Assembly: GCA_028715175.1 (NCBI GenBank)
Contig: JAQUSJ010000001.1
Coordinates: 276,550 to 340,549, forward strand
Direction of reading: 5' to 3'
DNA from: Candidatus Daviesbacteria bacterium
GTDB taxonomy: Bacteria > Patescibacteriota > Microgenomatia > Daviesbacterales > UBA10151
DNA length: 64,000 nt
Program-made: the position numbers and the translations under genes
The notes under the pieces: model-generated
The model's database searches: none
Told to the model about the DNA's origin: nothing
The model's input: only the letters and a program-made list of their open reading frames with translations
In this document: positions 45,590 to 55,388 of the stretch, one piece after another
Layout: each line of letters starts with the position of its first letter
How positions within the stretch are numbered: position 1 is the first letter of the stretch

Positions 45590-46663
45590 ATGAAAATTGC
45601 GATTTATTCTCCATATTTAAATACTTTTGGCGGGGGAGAGAAATACATGATGACTATTGCGGAAATCTTCTCTTCCGAAAATACTGTGGATGTGCTTTTG
45701 GATCGCCATCTGGCGGATTCGGGAGGAGATTATTTAAAGAACGAATTGTCAAGAAGATTTAATCTTAATTTAAAATTTACAAATTTTATTTTTGCTCCTG
45801 TTGGTAAAAATTCTTCTTTTGCATACAGAATCTTTTTTTTAAAAAATTATGATGTGCTTTTCTATTTAACCGATGGAAGTATTTTTTTTCCAACCGCTAA
45901 GAAAAACATTTTACATATTCAGTCTCCTCTTATTGGGCAACCTGCAAAAAGCGTTTGGGGTAAGTTGAAGCTTAAGGGTTGGGATTTGATTATATATAAT
46001 TCAAAATTTACGGAAGAACATTCAGAGAAAAATTGGCCGTTAATCTCTCAAGTCATCTATCCGCCGGTTGATGTTGAGAAGATAAAACCTCTTAAAAAGA
46101 GAAAATACATATTGTCAGTCGGTCGCTTTTTTGGATATCTAAAAGATAAAAAACACGAGATTTTGATCAAAACTTTTAGAGAGCTTTTTGAAACCGGAAA
46201 GATTAATGGGTGGAGTTTGCAGTTGGTCGGATCGGCCGGAGAAGGAGATATGGATTATTTGGAGCAGTTGCAAATCTTGGCAGATGGATTACCTGTAAAA
46301 TTTTATCCAAATCTGGATTACGATAAATTAATCAAGCTTTACGGACAGTCAAGTATTTATTGGCATGCAGCCGGATTTGGGGAAACTGATCCTGCGAAAA
46401 TGGAGCATTTCGGAATTTCTGCAGTTGAGGCAATGGCAGCTGGATGTGTACCTGTGGTAATAAATAAAGGCGGATTAAAAGAGACAGTGGCTTATGGCAA
46501 AGACGGATTTCTGTGGGATGATTTAATGCAGCTTAAAGAATTAACAATAAATTTAGTAAACGATGCTCATTTAATACAAAAAATGTCAGAGCAAGCTATA
46601 AAATCGGCCAAAGGATTCGATAAGAATAACTTTGTGCAAAAGATACTTCGATTAACTGCTTAA
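45590..46663 (+). CDS. GT4 glycosyltransferase (Alg11-like motifs)
   Basis: GGGEKY, NSKFT, VIYPPVD, LSVGRF, EHFGISAVEAMAAG. Confidence 0.88.
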   Translation: MKIAIYSPYLNTFGGGEKYMMTIAEIFSSENTVDVLLDRHLADSGGDYLKNELSRRFNLNLKFTNFIFAPVGKNSSFAYRIFFLKNYDVLFYLTDGSIFFPTAKKNILHIQSPLIGQPAKSVWGKLKLKGWDLIIYNSKFTEEHSEKNWPLISQVIYPPVDVEKIKPLKKRKYILSVGRFFGYLKDKKHEILIKTFRELFETGKINGWSLQLVGSAGEGDMDYLEQLQILADGLPVKFYPNLDYDKLIKLYGQSSIYWHAAGFGETDPAKMEHFGISAVEAMAAGCVPVVINKGGLKETVAYGKDGFLWDDLMQLKELTINLVNDAHLIQKMSEQAIKSAKGFDKNNFVQKILRLTA

Positions 46664-46667
46664 GCCT

Positions 46668-47384
46668 ATGGGAAAACTCAATATACGAAGTATTCTTGCT
46701 CAAAATAAAGCTTTATTAGTTGTTATACTGATAGTCTTCACAACTCCCTGGACCTGGAAAATTTTAAATGACAATCTTCTCTTGTGTTTATCACTAATCA
46801 TAATTACTGTTATTTTTGTTAAACTATTGTTGAATAATAAGCGGAATACCAGATTAATCTTATTGTTTTGTTCTATCTTTGTGGTAGTTTCTGCAGTGAA
46901 TGTGCAACTGGGTTTCGATCGGAATCTCCGTAAACTTAATGTTAATGAAGAGGTCCAGTTGAACGAGAGGCACAATTATTTCGCCAAAGAATTAAGAGAA
47001 TTCTTTTTGAATAAGTACTCATTAAATTATTATAAAAATTACAATCTTTCTTTCTATAAATTTCAACGGAATTTTTTTTCTGCGTTAGATCCTAATTTAT
47101 ATTTTTTTGCCGGCCATCCAAGAGAAAGAGCCGGAATAAATGAATTTGAAAAATTTCAATCATTGTATCTGATATTCTTTATTATTGGTATAGTCTATAG
47201 TTTGCAACTGCAATCATTACTGGCGATCGCGTATTTACTGGTTGCTGCTTTGATTAATGGATTCATCGCGCCAACATATCGACTTGGACCGATTTTGTTT
47301 TTCCCTTTTGTAACTGCACTAACAGCACTAGGTATCATGTATTCTGTAGCTCTTTTGAAGTCTTTGATTAGGAAAATACACTAA
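46668..47384 (+). CDS. Short GT-C-derived membrane protein, paralog of 49022..49690
   Basis: TTPWTW, QRNFFSALDPNLYFFAGHPRERAG, LGPILFFP; no DE loop. Confidence 0.65.
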   Translation: MGKLNIRSILAQNKALLVVILIVFTTPWTWKILNDNLLLCLSLIIITVIFVKLLLNNKRNTRLILLFCSIFVVVSAVNVQLGFDRNLRKLNVNEEVQLNERHNYFAKELREFFLNKYSLNYYKNYNLSFYKFQRNFFSALDPNLYFFAGHPRERAGINEFEKFQSLYLIFFIIGIVYSLQLQSLLAIAYLLVAALINGFIAPTYRLGPILFFPFVTALTALGIMYSVALLKSLIRKIH

Positions 47385-47385
47385 A

Positions 47386-49020
47386 ATGAGAACGATAAAA
47401 ATAATACTCTTTTTTTCGGTTTTGGCGATTAGTATATTTTTACGTTTTTATCATTTAGATCAATTACCTCCAGGATTAAATGCTGACGAAGCCTCATTAG
47501 GCTATGATGCTTATTCGCTGCTTTTAACCGGTAAAGATCAATACGGAAAAGCTTTTCCGATATTCCTTCGTTCTTTTGGAGCATATCAGTCGCCGCTGTA
47601 TGCATATTTGACTACTGCCCCCATTTTTCTATTTGGCTTATCTATTTTTGCGGTTCGTTTGCTTTCCGCGCTAGCAGGAATTTTAACCGTGTTGATGACA
47701 TTTATAATTATCTATAACAGTAAAGAAAACAATAAATTTTGGCAGGCGCTACTTGCAAGTTTTATAGTTTCTTTTATGCCATGGTCAATCTTTTTTAGCA
47801 GAACAGCGGTTGAGGCGAATTTGGCCCTTTTTTTGGTGGCGGGCGCTGCATATTTTCTGATTAGATCTTTGCGACAACCGGTTTTTTTTATTTACGCCAG
47901 CATTCTTTTGGCGGTTTCAACATATGCTTATCAAGCGCAAAGACTTAGTTCCATTTTATTTCTTTTGGGTTTTACAATAGTTTTCGCAAAGCAATTTCTA
48001 AGCAGGAAGAAAATAGTACTCGTGGGATTAGCTCTAATGTTTATTATTCAAATTCCCCAACTAACTTTGATAAATTCTCAAGCCGGTACCAGAAGATTAG
48101 ATCAGGTTAATTATTTTAGCAAAAATTATTTTGATCAAAATGGAGGAAACTTAAAATCTGTTCTTTTTGGTCAGCAAATCTATATTTTCAATCAATTCTC
48201 AAGCCATTATCTTGCATACTTTTCTCCAAAGAATCTATTTTTTGATCCTGATCCTCAAGAGGGAAGATCTATCCCTGATTTATCTGTCTTTTATGGCTGG
48301 ATGTTTATACCACTGTTATTTGGTTTTAAAGTATTTTGGGAAAAACGTAAAGATCCTACAATTAAAATTTTGCTGCTGTTTATAGCTGTAAGTGTAATTC
48401 CAGCTGCTTTAACAAGGGAACCATTTTATACTTTAAGAGTTTTGCCTTTATTTTGGGTACTATCCATTATTATTTCTTTTGGAGGATTTGAAATTTTATG
48501 CAATCTCCGGTTTAATATTCTTAAAGTTATTTTATTGTTTATTATTTCAACTTTCACTTTTGTAACTCTTTATAACAATTATTTCATATTATTAAAATAT
48601 GAAAGAAGTTCTGAATACGGGTTTCCATATATTGAACTTGCCAAAAAAACCGAAGAGTTAAGTTCTAAAAAATTTGTTGTTGACTTAGAAAGACAGAGCC
48701 AATCTTATATTTGGTTTGCTTTCTTTAAAAAATATGATCCGTATAAATTACAAGATCAGGGAAAAGATGTTTTAAAAAATTATTATAATGCTGCAGACTT
48801 TAATGGTAACAAAGTTATTGGTAATGTGGAAATAAAAGATGATATTTGGAAACAGGAAGAAAATTCTTGCATAAGTGATATTATAGTAGGAGATCTTTTA
48901 GCTGTTTCAGAAGCCGATATTAAAGAGCATGAGTTGCACCGGGAATTTGAGATTCCGGATTTGTCTGGTAAGGTTAAGTTAAAAGCTTATTCAACAAGGG
49001 CGAAAGGAAAATGTTATTAA
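47386..49020 (+). CDS. GT-C glycosyltransferase, paralog of 49687..51354
   Basis: PPGLNADEASLGYDAYSLLLTGKDQYG, YFSPKNLFFDPDPQ, LLKYERS, IVGDLLAVS. Confidence 0.8.
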   Translation: MRTIKIILFFSVLAISIFLRFYHLDQLPPGLNADEASLGYDAYSLLLTGKDQYGKAFPIFLRSFGAYQSPLYAYLTTAPIFLFGLSIFAVRLLSALAGILTVLMTFIIIYNSKENNKFWQALLASFIVSFMPWSIFFSRTAVEANLALFLVAGAAYFLIRSLRQPVFFIYASILLAVSTYAYQAQRLSSILFLLGFTIVFAKQFLSRKKIVLVGLALMFIIQIPQLTLINSQAGTRRLDQVNYFSKNYFDQNGGNLKSVLFGQQIYIFNQFSSHYLAYFSPKNLFFDPDPQEGRSIPDLSVFYGWMFIPLLFGFKVFWEKRKDPTIKILLLFIAVSVIPAALTREPFYTLRVLPLFWVLSIIISFGGFEILCNLRFNILKVILLFIISTFTFVTLYNNYFILLKYERSSEYGFPYIELAKKTEELSSKKFVVDLERQSQSYIWFAFFKKYDPYKLQDQGKDVLKNYYNAADFNGNKVIGNVEIKDDIWKQEENSCISDIIVGDLLAVSEADIKEHELHREFEIPDLSGKVKLKAYSTRAKGKCY

Positions 49021-49021
49021 T

Positions 49022-49690
49022 ATAAATAGATTCATACTTATCCATATTTTAGTAATATTATTTAATCCCTGGTGGTGGATAATTATTCAGAAAAATCTTT
49101 GGATTGGTTTATTGGTTTTTGTTCTAAGTCTTGTAGTATTTATATATTTTTGGCAAATTAAATCCAGAAAACTATTGTTATCATTGCTGGTATTGACTGC
49201 GGTTTTATCTTTTATTGCTGTAAAGGGAGCCTTCGACGAAAATCTCTTTCGAAGCTCAGCTTTAGATATACAACAGTATAACAAAAGACATGAATTTTAT
49301 GCCAAGGATCTAGGTAAAATATACACAAATAAATTCTCTTTAACTTACTTTAAAGAATATAATTTTCCTCTTATAAAATTACAACGTAATCTTTTTGCCA
49401 ATTTAGATCCTAATCTATATTTTTTTGCCAGTCATCCGAGAGAGCGGGCGGGCGTTGAAGAGTTTAATAAATACTCACCAATCTTTTTACCATTTTTCTT
49501 AATTGGAGTCTTCTACTCTATATATATTTTATTGCCAAATTTTCTGATTTATGCAATATCTGTTTTGTTATTAAGTTCAATCATCTCTTCTAAATACAAC
49601 CTTGGACCTATACTATTTTTCCCGCTTATTAATTACTTAATTACAGTTGGACTTATTTTATCTTTTAAAAATATTAAGAAGATGATATGA
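49022..49690 (+). CDS. Short GT-C-derived membrane protein with non-canonical or mutated start
   Basis: Frame is open upstream of TTG 49112 and encodes the homologous segment LFNPWWW; ATA at 49022 sits where a coupled ATG is expected; QRNLFANLDPNLYFFASHPRERAG. Confidence 0.55.
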   Translation: MNRFILIHILVILFNPWWWIIIQKNLWIGLLVFVLSLVVFIYFWQIKSRKLLLSLLVLTAVLSFIAVKGAFDENLFRSSALDIQQYNKRHEFYAKDLGKIYTNKFSLTYFKEYNFPLIKLQRNLFANLDPNLYFFASHPRERAGVEEFNKYSPIFLPFFLIGVFYSIYILLPNFLIYAISVLLLSSIISSKYNLGPILFFPLINYLITVGLILSFKNIKKMI

Positions 49691-51354
49691 AATATAATCT
49701 AAAGTTAATTGTGATTTTTATTGTAATCATTGTTTTTAGTGCAATTTTAAGATTTTACCAAATAGGTAGTATTCCTCCGGGTTTAACCATAGATGAATCT
49801 TCACAAGGGTATAATGCTTTCTCACTTCTTAATACCGGAAAAGATCGTTACGGTCAGCCTTTTCCTATACTTTTTCGTTTATTTGATTCAATCCAAGTAC
49901 CCTTATACACGTATTTAACCATCGCGCCTATCTACTTTTTCGGAAATTCTATATTTTCAATCCGTTTCATCTCTGCTTTGTCAGGAGTTATTTTAATAGG
50001 TATAACATTCTTGCTATTCATTAATTTTGAAAAGAATAGAAAAAATAATAGCCTAGCTATTATTTCAGCATTAATGGTTGCGATATCACCATGGGCAGTA
50101 TTTTATTCGAGGATTTGTACAGAGGCAAGCTTAGGGGTAACTCTATTTATCTTAAGTATAATGTTTTTTTATTTTTCTTTGAGGCATCGACGTTTATTTC
50201 CTATAGCAACATTTATCTTAGGTTTATCTACTCATGCTTATTACAGTGAGCGGATAATTAGTATTTTGTTCCTAATTGGTTTTATATGGTTGTTTAGAAA
50301 GACGATATTTTTGCAAAGGAGGATATTTATTTTAGGGATAGTTCTTTTTATAATTACTCAGATACCGCATCTTTGGGTTGCAAATTCCGGAGCATTTACT
50401 AGAAGAATTATTCAGGTAAATTACTTTAGTGAACAATTCTTCCAAGAAAACAGTGGCAATCTTCGCAATATACCTCTTGGCAGATTATTATTTATAGTTA
50501 GAGAATTTGTAAGTCAGTATTTGGCCTATTTTTCTCCAAAGAATTTATTTTTCGATCCTGATCCTCAACAAGGTGTACGCTCAATGCCAGATCTTTCTGT
50601 ATTTTACAGTTGGGTGATTATCCCATTTCTCTTTGGATTACGATCATTGATTCTAAATAGATCACTGTCTTTTGTTAAGATATTGATTTTATTGCTTGTG
50701 ATAGGGCCTTTCGCAGCTAGTTTAACCAGAGACCCATTTGCTACTATTCGCGTGCTTGGTTTTCTTTGGGGTATTACTATAACTATTGCTTTTGGTCTGA
50801 ATTATTTATTGGGTATATTTTCTTCTTTTAAGCTTAAACTTTTAACTTTTACTGTAGTTGTTTTATTGTCGTTAATTCAGTTATACCTTGCTTACTTTGT
50901 TCTTCTAAAGTATGAGCGTTCTCATAATTATGGCTATTCATATGTAGAATTACTAAAACAAATTGAACTTATGAGAGATAAACACTTTGTCGTTGATTCT
51001 TCCAGGGAACCAGCAGCAGGAATTATGTTTGCCTTTTTCAAAAAATATGATCCTAATAAATTACAGAAGGATTTAGGACCACTAGTGGTTGGTAGGTATT
51101 ACAGTAGCTTTGATCCTAATGAAATATACATTGTTGATAATATTGAAGCAAGGCCAATTTTCTGGAAAGAAGATGCTTGCAAAAAACAGATTTTAGTAGG
51201 GGATCTATTGGCAATCTCTGATAATCAAGTCAAAGAACATAAGTTAAGTTTTCTTTTTGATATTAAAGATACAGCAGGTGATGTAGTTTTGAAAGCTTAT
51301 GAAACAGATCCTGATATAAAATGTAATTTAAATACAAAAATACTTGTTGAATGA
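49687..51354 (+). CDS. GT-C glycosyltransferase, paralog of 47386..49020
   Basis: PPGLTIDESSQGYNAFSLLNTGKDRYG, YFSPKNLFFDPDPQ, LLKYERS, LVGDLLAIS. Confidence 0.8.
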   Translation: MKYNLKLIVIFIVIIVFSAILRFYQIGSIPPGLTIDESSQGYNAFSLLNTGKDRYGQPFPILFRLFDSIQVPLYTYLTIAPIYFFGNSIFSIRFISALSGVILIGITFLLFINFEKNRKNNSLAIISALMVAISPWAVFYSRICTEASLGVTLFILSIMFFYFSLRHRRLFPIATFILGLSTHAYYSERIISILFLIGFIWLFRKTIFLQRRIFILGIVLFIITQIPHLWVANSGAFTRRIIQVNYFSEQFFQENSGNLRNIPLGRLLFIVREFVSQYLAYFSPKNLFFDPDPQQGVRSMPDLSVFYSWVIIPFLFGLRSLILNRSLSFVKILILLLVIGPFAASLTRDPFATIRVLGFLWGITITIAFGLNYLLGIFSSFKLKLLTFTVVVLLSLIQLYLAYFVLLKYERSHNYGYSYVELLKQIELMRDKHFVVDSSREPAAGIMFAFFKKYDPNKLQKDLGPLVVGRYYSSFDPNEIYIVDNIEARPIFWKEDACKKQILVGDLLAISDNQVKEHKLSFLFDIKDTAGDVVLKAYETDPDIKCNLNTKILVE

Positions 51355-52964
51355 ATAAAAATCATTTTATACTTTTGTTATTAATTATCTTTGCCGCATT
51401 TTTTATAAGAGTTACCAACTTAACTTTTCCTGCTTTTACTTCAGATGAAGCGAGAGTAGCATTCAGAGGATATACTCTTGCAACGACAGCCAAGGACGAG
51501 CTCGGTAGGGTTATGCCGATACTTTTCAACTCCTCAGGAGATTATCAGCTTCCAGCTGTTTCATATATTACAGCTTTGGGAACGCTGGTGTTTGGCAAAA
51601 CAGATTTAGGAGCAAGAATGCCGTTTATATTAATATCAATTCTGATTGTGGTATTAATCTATAAGATTTCCGATATTTTTTTCTTGAAAAAAGAATTCCG
51701 ACTGCTAGCAGCGTTAGTTGCTGCTTTTACACCTTCCTTAATTTTCTTTTCTAAGATTCCAAACGAAACAATAGTGTTCACTTTTAGTTTAATTCTGCTT
51801 TTTTATTTGTTGACTAAAGAAAAGATAAATTTTTTAAGCGTGGTTTTTACAGTAATATTTTCTATCGCTGTTTCAAAAATTGCCTGGTGGATACTCATTC
51901 CCTTTACTGTGCTTACTTTGACATTTTTTCAGCCAAATTTGCGAAAGAGGACAAAAATAAGCGTTATTCTTATTGTTTTGTTTCTAACAACAGTAGCTGT
52001 AGTTTTGTTTTTACGTGTACCGCAAGCTACCAGGAGTTTTTTGGAGAATGATTTTTTGCTTCTTCAAGAGAATAGCATCACGGTTGCTATGAATAGATCC
52101 AGAGGACAAGGACTAGAGTCGCATTGGCCTAATTTTGTTGAAAAAATATTATTTAATAAATTACAGTTTATTGCCGTAGGGGTTTTGAATTGGCTATCCC
52201 ATTTAGATCTTGCTGTTTTTTTTGGTCAATTTGATGAAGAAGGGAAAATGGGTTTTAGTAGCATGGGAGCGTTCCCTAAAATTGCGATCTTTCCTTTTAT
52301 TGTCGGGATTATTGCCTTAATACGAAAAAGTGATGTAAAGTTAAGAGCGTTACTTTTTTATCCTTTAGTCTTGACCTTCCCTCTTGTTTTTGTATATCCC
52401 CGTAACCGCCAGGATATTGCTGTTATTGTTCTCCCTTTTTTGATTTTTATCATAGCTTTGGGGTTAATAAAATTAAACCGTTTACTTAAAATTGCCGTTC
52501 TCTCGTTAATGATCTTTGAAGTTATTATTAATATGTTTTTTGTTTCTCCTCAAATAAAGCAGACTAATTATTCCCGTCCGGCTTGGGTGAAGCAAATAGT
52601 AGAGGATGGTTATAATCTTTCGGTAAATAGTAAAGTTGCTTTATCTGACGATTTTACTTCTGATATAGCTCCGTTTTTGGAATGGTACACACCGCTTGTC
52701 GCTAAAGATGATTTTAAAAACATCCAATTTCCCTACAAATTTCATCAAAGTCAGGTATCTGGTATTAAAATCATTGGGAACGATGATACCTTTTATTTTT
52801 GCGGTTTGGATAAATCAACTCATATTTTTGCAAGCAAGAGGGATCTTGAAGAGATACAAAAATGGTTAAATGTTACTGCTGAAAAGACAGTTGTAAAAAC
52901 ATACAAAGATGATTTGGGTAATAATATAGTTTATCTTCTTCGATCAACCATATGCGTAAAATAA
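51351..52964 (+). CDS. GT-C glycosyltransferase, divergent member of DE...G(K/R)D subfamily
   Basis: PAFTSDEARVAFRGYTLATTAKDELG, GDYQLP. Confidence 0.72.
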   Translation: MNKNHFILLLLIIFAAFFIRVTNLTFPAFTSDEARVAFRGYTLATTAKDELGRVMPILFNSSGDYQLPAVSYITALGTLVFGKTDLGARMPFILISILIVVLIYKISDIFFLKKEFRLLAALVAAFTPSLIFFSKIPNETIVFTFSLILLFYLLTKEKINFLSVVFTVIFSIAVSKIAWWILIPFTVLTLTFFQPNLRKRTKISVILIVLFLTTVAVVLFLRVPQATRSFLENDFLLLQENSITVAMNRSRGQGLESHWPNFVEKILFNKLQFIAVGVLNWLSHLDLAVFFGQFDEEGKMGFSSMGAFPKIAIFPFIVGIIALIRKSDVKLRALLFYPLVLTFPLVFVYPRNRQDIAVIVLPFLIFIIALGLIKLNRLLKIAVLSLMIFEVIINMFFVSPQIKQTNYSRPAWVKQIVEDGYNLSVNSKVALSDDFTSDIAPFLEWYTPLVAKDDFKNIQFPYKFHQSQVSGIKIIGNDDTFYFCGLDKSTHIFASKRDLEEIQKWLNVTAEKTVVKTYKDDLGNNIVYLLRSTICVK

Positions 52965-54607
52965 TCTCAAAACAATCTTTATTACTACTCTCCATAATTC
53001 TGATTGGAGGCGTGTTTAGATTTTATAGACTGACAGATTTTCCGGTGCAGCTAAACCACGACGAGATTAGTCAATTGTATGATGCTATCTCTATAGCAGA
53101 AACAGGTAAAGATGTATATGGCAATTTTATGCCGACTATATTCCCTTCGGTAAATGATTTTAAGTCGCCGTTTTACACATATATAACAAGTCTTTTTTAT
53201 TTGTTTTTAGGGAATAAGGAAGTGATTATCAAATTACCGGGTGTAATTTTCGGATGGTTGACTATAATAGCTGTTTATTTTTTTGTCTTGAAGTTATTTA
53301 AAAATTGGAGGATTGCCATATGCGCATCGTTTTTTACTGCTATTTCTCCTTTTGAAATATTTTTTTCTCGAAAAAGCTTTGAAAATGTTGCCGGGATCTT
53401 TTTTATGCTTTTTGGTTTTGCAAGTTTATTAGCTTATATCGATAAGAAATCTAATACCAGGATGCTTTACATAGGGTTTTTGTTTCTGGCAATTGCAACT
53501 TATACTTATTTTTCTCATGCAATTTTAATACCGTTTCTCCTTTTTTCCTTCGTACTGATATACAGAGAACATTTTTTAAATAATGTCAAACGAGTATTGT
53601 TACCTGTACTGGTATTGGGGGTTTTGCTAGTTCCCTTGGTGTTGATAATTATTACTAATCCGGGTGCCCGGTATAGGTCTAAAACTGTTTTTATAACCCA
53701 GGATGTTAATTTGGAGAGAAATATAGAGTATTCAAAGTCGGAAAATTATTTAACTTCATTTCTACTAAAGAATAAAGCGATATTAGACTTTAGTTTTAAC
53801 AGGTATTTGGAGCAATTTAATGTAGATTTTATTTTTGCAAATGGTTTAGATTTTACTGGCGAGAGATTATTAAACCAAGGACTATTATTACTAATTCAAT
53901 TACCTCTCTTCGTTTTAGGGCTAATTTATTTAATCAGGCTGAATGGTTTTAAACAGGCTAAAATGTTTATTTTAGCCTGGATTTTATTAGGGATGCTACC
54001 AAGCGGTTTGACTTTTGAATCGCATAGTCCGCATAGAAGTATTATGGTTTTTACAATGTTGAATATTATTTGCGCGGTAGGATTTTATTGGTTTATTCAA
54101 ATAACTAAGAAATCCAAACGGTTTTTTTATCCCCTGATTTGTTTATTTGCATTAGCTTTAATTTTTAATTTTATGTATTTTATACATATGTATTTTGTTA
54201 ATTTTCCTTTTGAAAGATCCCAGCATATACAATATCCTTTTAAACAGGTTGCCTTGTATGCCTGGAGTCAGTATCAAAATTTTGACAGCATTATTTTTGA
54301 TCCGCAGTTTGGCGATTTTGAGCCGAAAATAGGAGCAGGAGCGTATTACTATTTTGCCTACTATGGCCAGATGCCGCCTGATAAATTTCAGAAAGAATAC
54401 CGGTTAGGGGATAAGCCAAGAGAGGTGCTCTTTGATAAGTTTTCCATAAGAGAAGTTTATTGGCTGACTGATAAGGATTTAAAAAATACATTAGTTATTG
54501 CAAGTCCTTGGAGTGTTCGCGAAAAAGACATAGAAGATAAAAATAAGATAATAAAAAGATTCTTTTTTTATAATGGCAAGCTAGCTTTCTATGCAATAAA
54601 ATTATAA
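52952..54607 (+). CDS. GT-C glycosyltransferase, DE...G(K/R)D subfamily
   Basis: QLNHDE, IAETGKDVYG, NDFKSP, ISPFEIFFSR, SPHRS. Confidence 0.8.
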   Translation: MRKIISKQSLLLLSIILIGGVFRFYRLTDFPVQLNHDEISQLYDAISIAETGKDVYGNFMPTIFPSVNDFKSPFYTYITSLFYLFLGNKEVIIKLPGVIFGWLTIIAVYFFVLKLFKNWRIAICASFFTAISPFEIFFSRKSFENVAGIFFMLFGFASLLAYIDKKSNTRMLYIGFLFLAIATYTYFSHAILIPFLLFSFVLIYREHFLNNVKRVLLPVLVLGVLLVPLVLIIITNPGARYRSKTVFITQDVNLERNIEYSKSENYLTSFLLKNKAILDFSFNRYLEQFNVDFIFANGLDFTGERLLNQGLLLLIQLPLFVLGLIYLIRLNGFKQAKMFILAWILLGMLPSGLTFESHSPHRSIMVFTMLNIICAVGFYWFIQITKKSKRFFYPLICLFALALIFNFMYFIHMYFVNFPFERSQHIQYPFKQVALYAWSQYQNFDSIIFDPQFGDFEPKIGAGAYYYFAYYGQMPPDKFQKEYRLGDKPREVLFDKFSIREVYWLTDKDLKNTLVIASPWSVREKDIEDKNKIIKRFFFYNGKLAFYAIKL

Positions 54608-54617
54608 ACTGTGAAAT

Positions 54618-55388
54618 ATGGGAACAGGTAAAGTTGCAAAGGTTGTAATAGTAATGCCTGCATATAATGCGGCAAAGACAATTAAGAGTACTTATGAAGA
54701 GATCCCTCAAGAATTCAGGAAGAATATTATCCTGGTGGACGATAGAAGCCATGATAACACTGTTGAAATTGCGCGAAATCTAGGCATTAGGGTGTTTTCC
54801 CATACACATAATTTAGGATACGGAGGCAATCAAAAAACTTGTTATTATGAGGCTTTAAAAGATGATCCAAGCGTTGTTGTGATGCTGCATCCTGATTATC
54901 AGTATGATGCTAAATTAATTGGAGAATTAATTAGGCCGATTCAAGATGGCCGTTATGATTTTATGTTTGGTTCAAGGATTCAGAGCCGGCAATCGGCTCT
55001 GTCAGGAGGTATGCCTAAAATCAAATATTCTATAAACAGAATAGTTTGCATCTTGGAAAATATTTTACTTGATGTTAATTTTACCGAGCATTTTTCCGGT
55101 TTTCGGGCATATTCTGTTAAACTTCTTAAAACAGTTCCTTTTCAAAAATTTTCTAATGATTTTGTTTTCGATCAACAGATGACAATTTCAGCTTTAAGCT
55201 ACGGGTTTAAGATCGGAGAGATACCTATCCCTACAAGATATCACGAAAAGGCTTCCTCCATACAATTTCTTAAAGGCGCTAAGTTTATTTTGGATACATT
55301 TTGGTGGATAATGATTTATAGGTTTCACAAATTAGGTTTAATAAAAAGTGCAATTGTTAATATAAAACCGACTATAGATAAAAGCTGA
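54618..55388 (+). CDS. GT2, polyprenyl-phosphate sugar synthase-like
   Basis: MPAYNA, VDDRSHDNT, NLGYGGNQK, LHPDYQY, FGSR, SGFRAY, FVFD. Confidence 0.85.
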   Translation: MGTGKVAKVVIVMPAYNAAKTIKSTYEEIPQEFRKNIILVDDRSHDNTVEIARNLGIRVFSHTHNLGYGGNQKTCYYEALKDDPSVVVMLHPDYQYDAKLIGELIRPIQDGRYDFMFGSRIQSRQSALSGGMPKIKYSINRIVCILENILLDVNFTEHFSGFRAYSVKLLKTVPFQKFSNDFVFDQQMTISALSYGFKIGEIPIPTRYHEKASSIQFLKGAKFILDTFWWIMIYRFHKLGLIKSAIVNIKPTIDKS

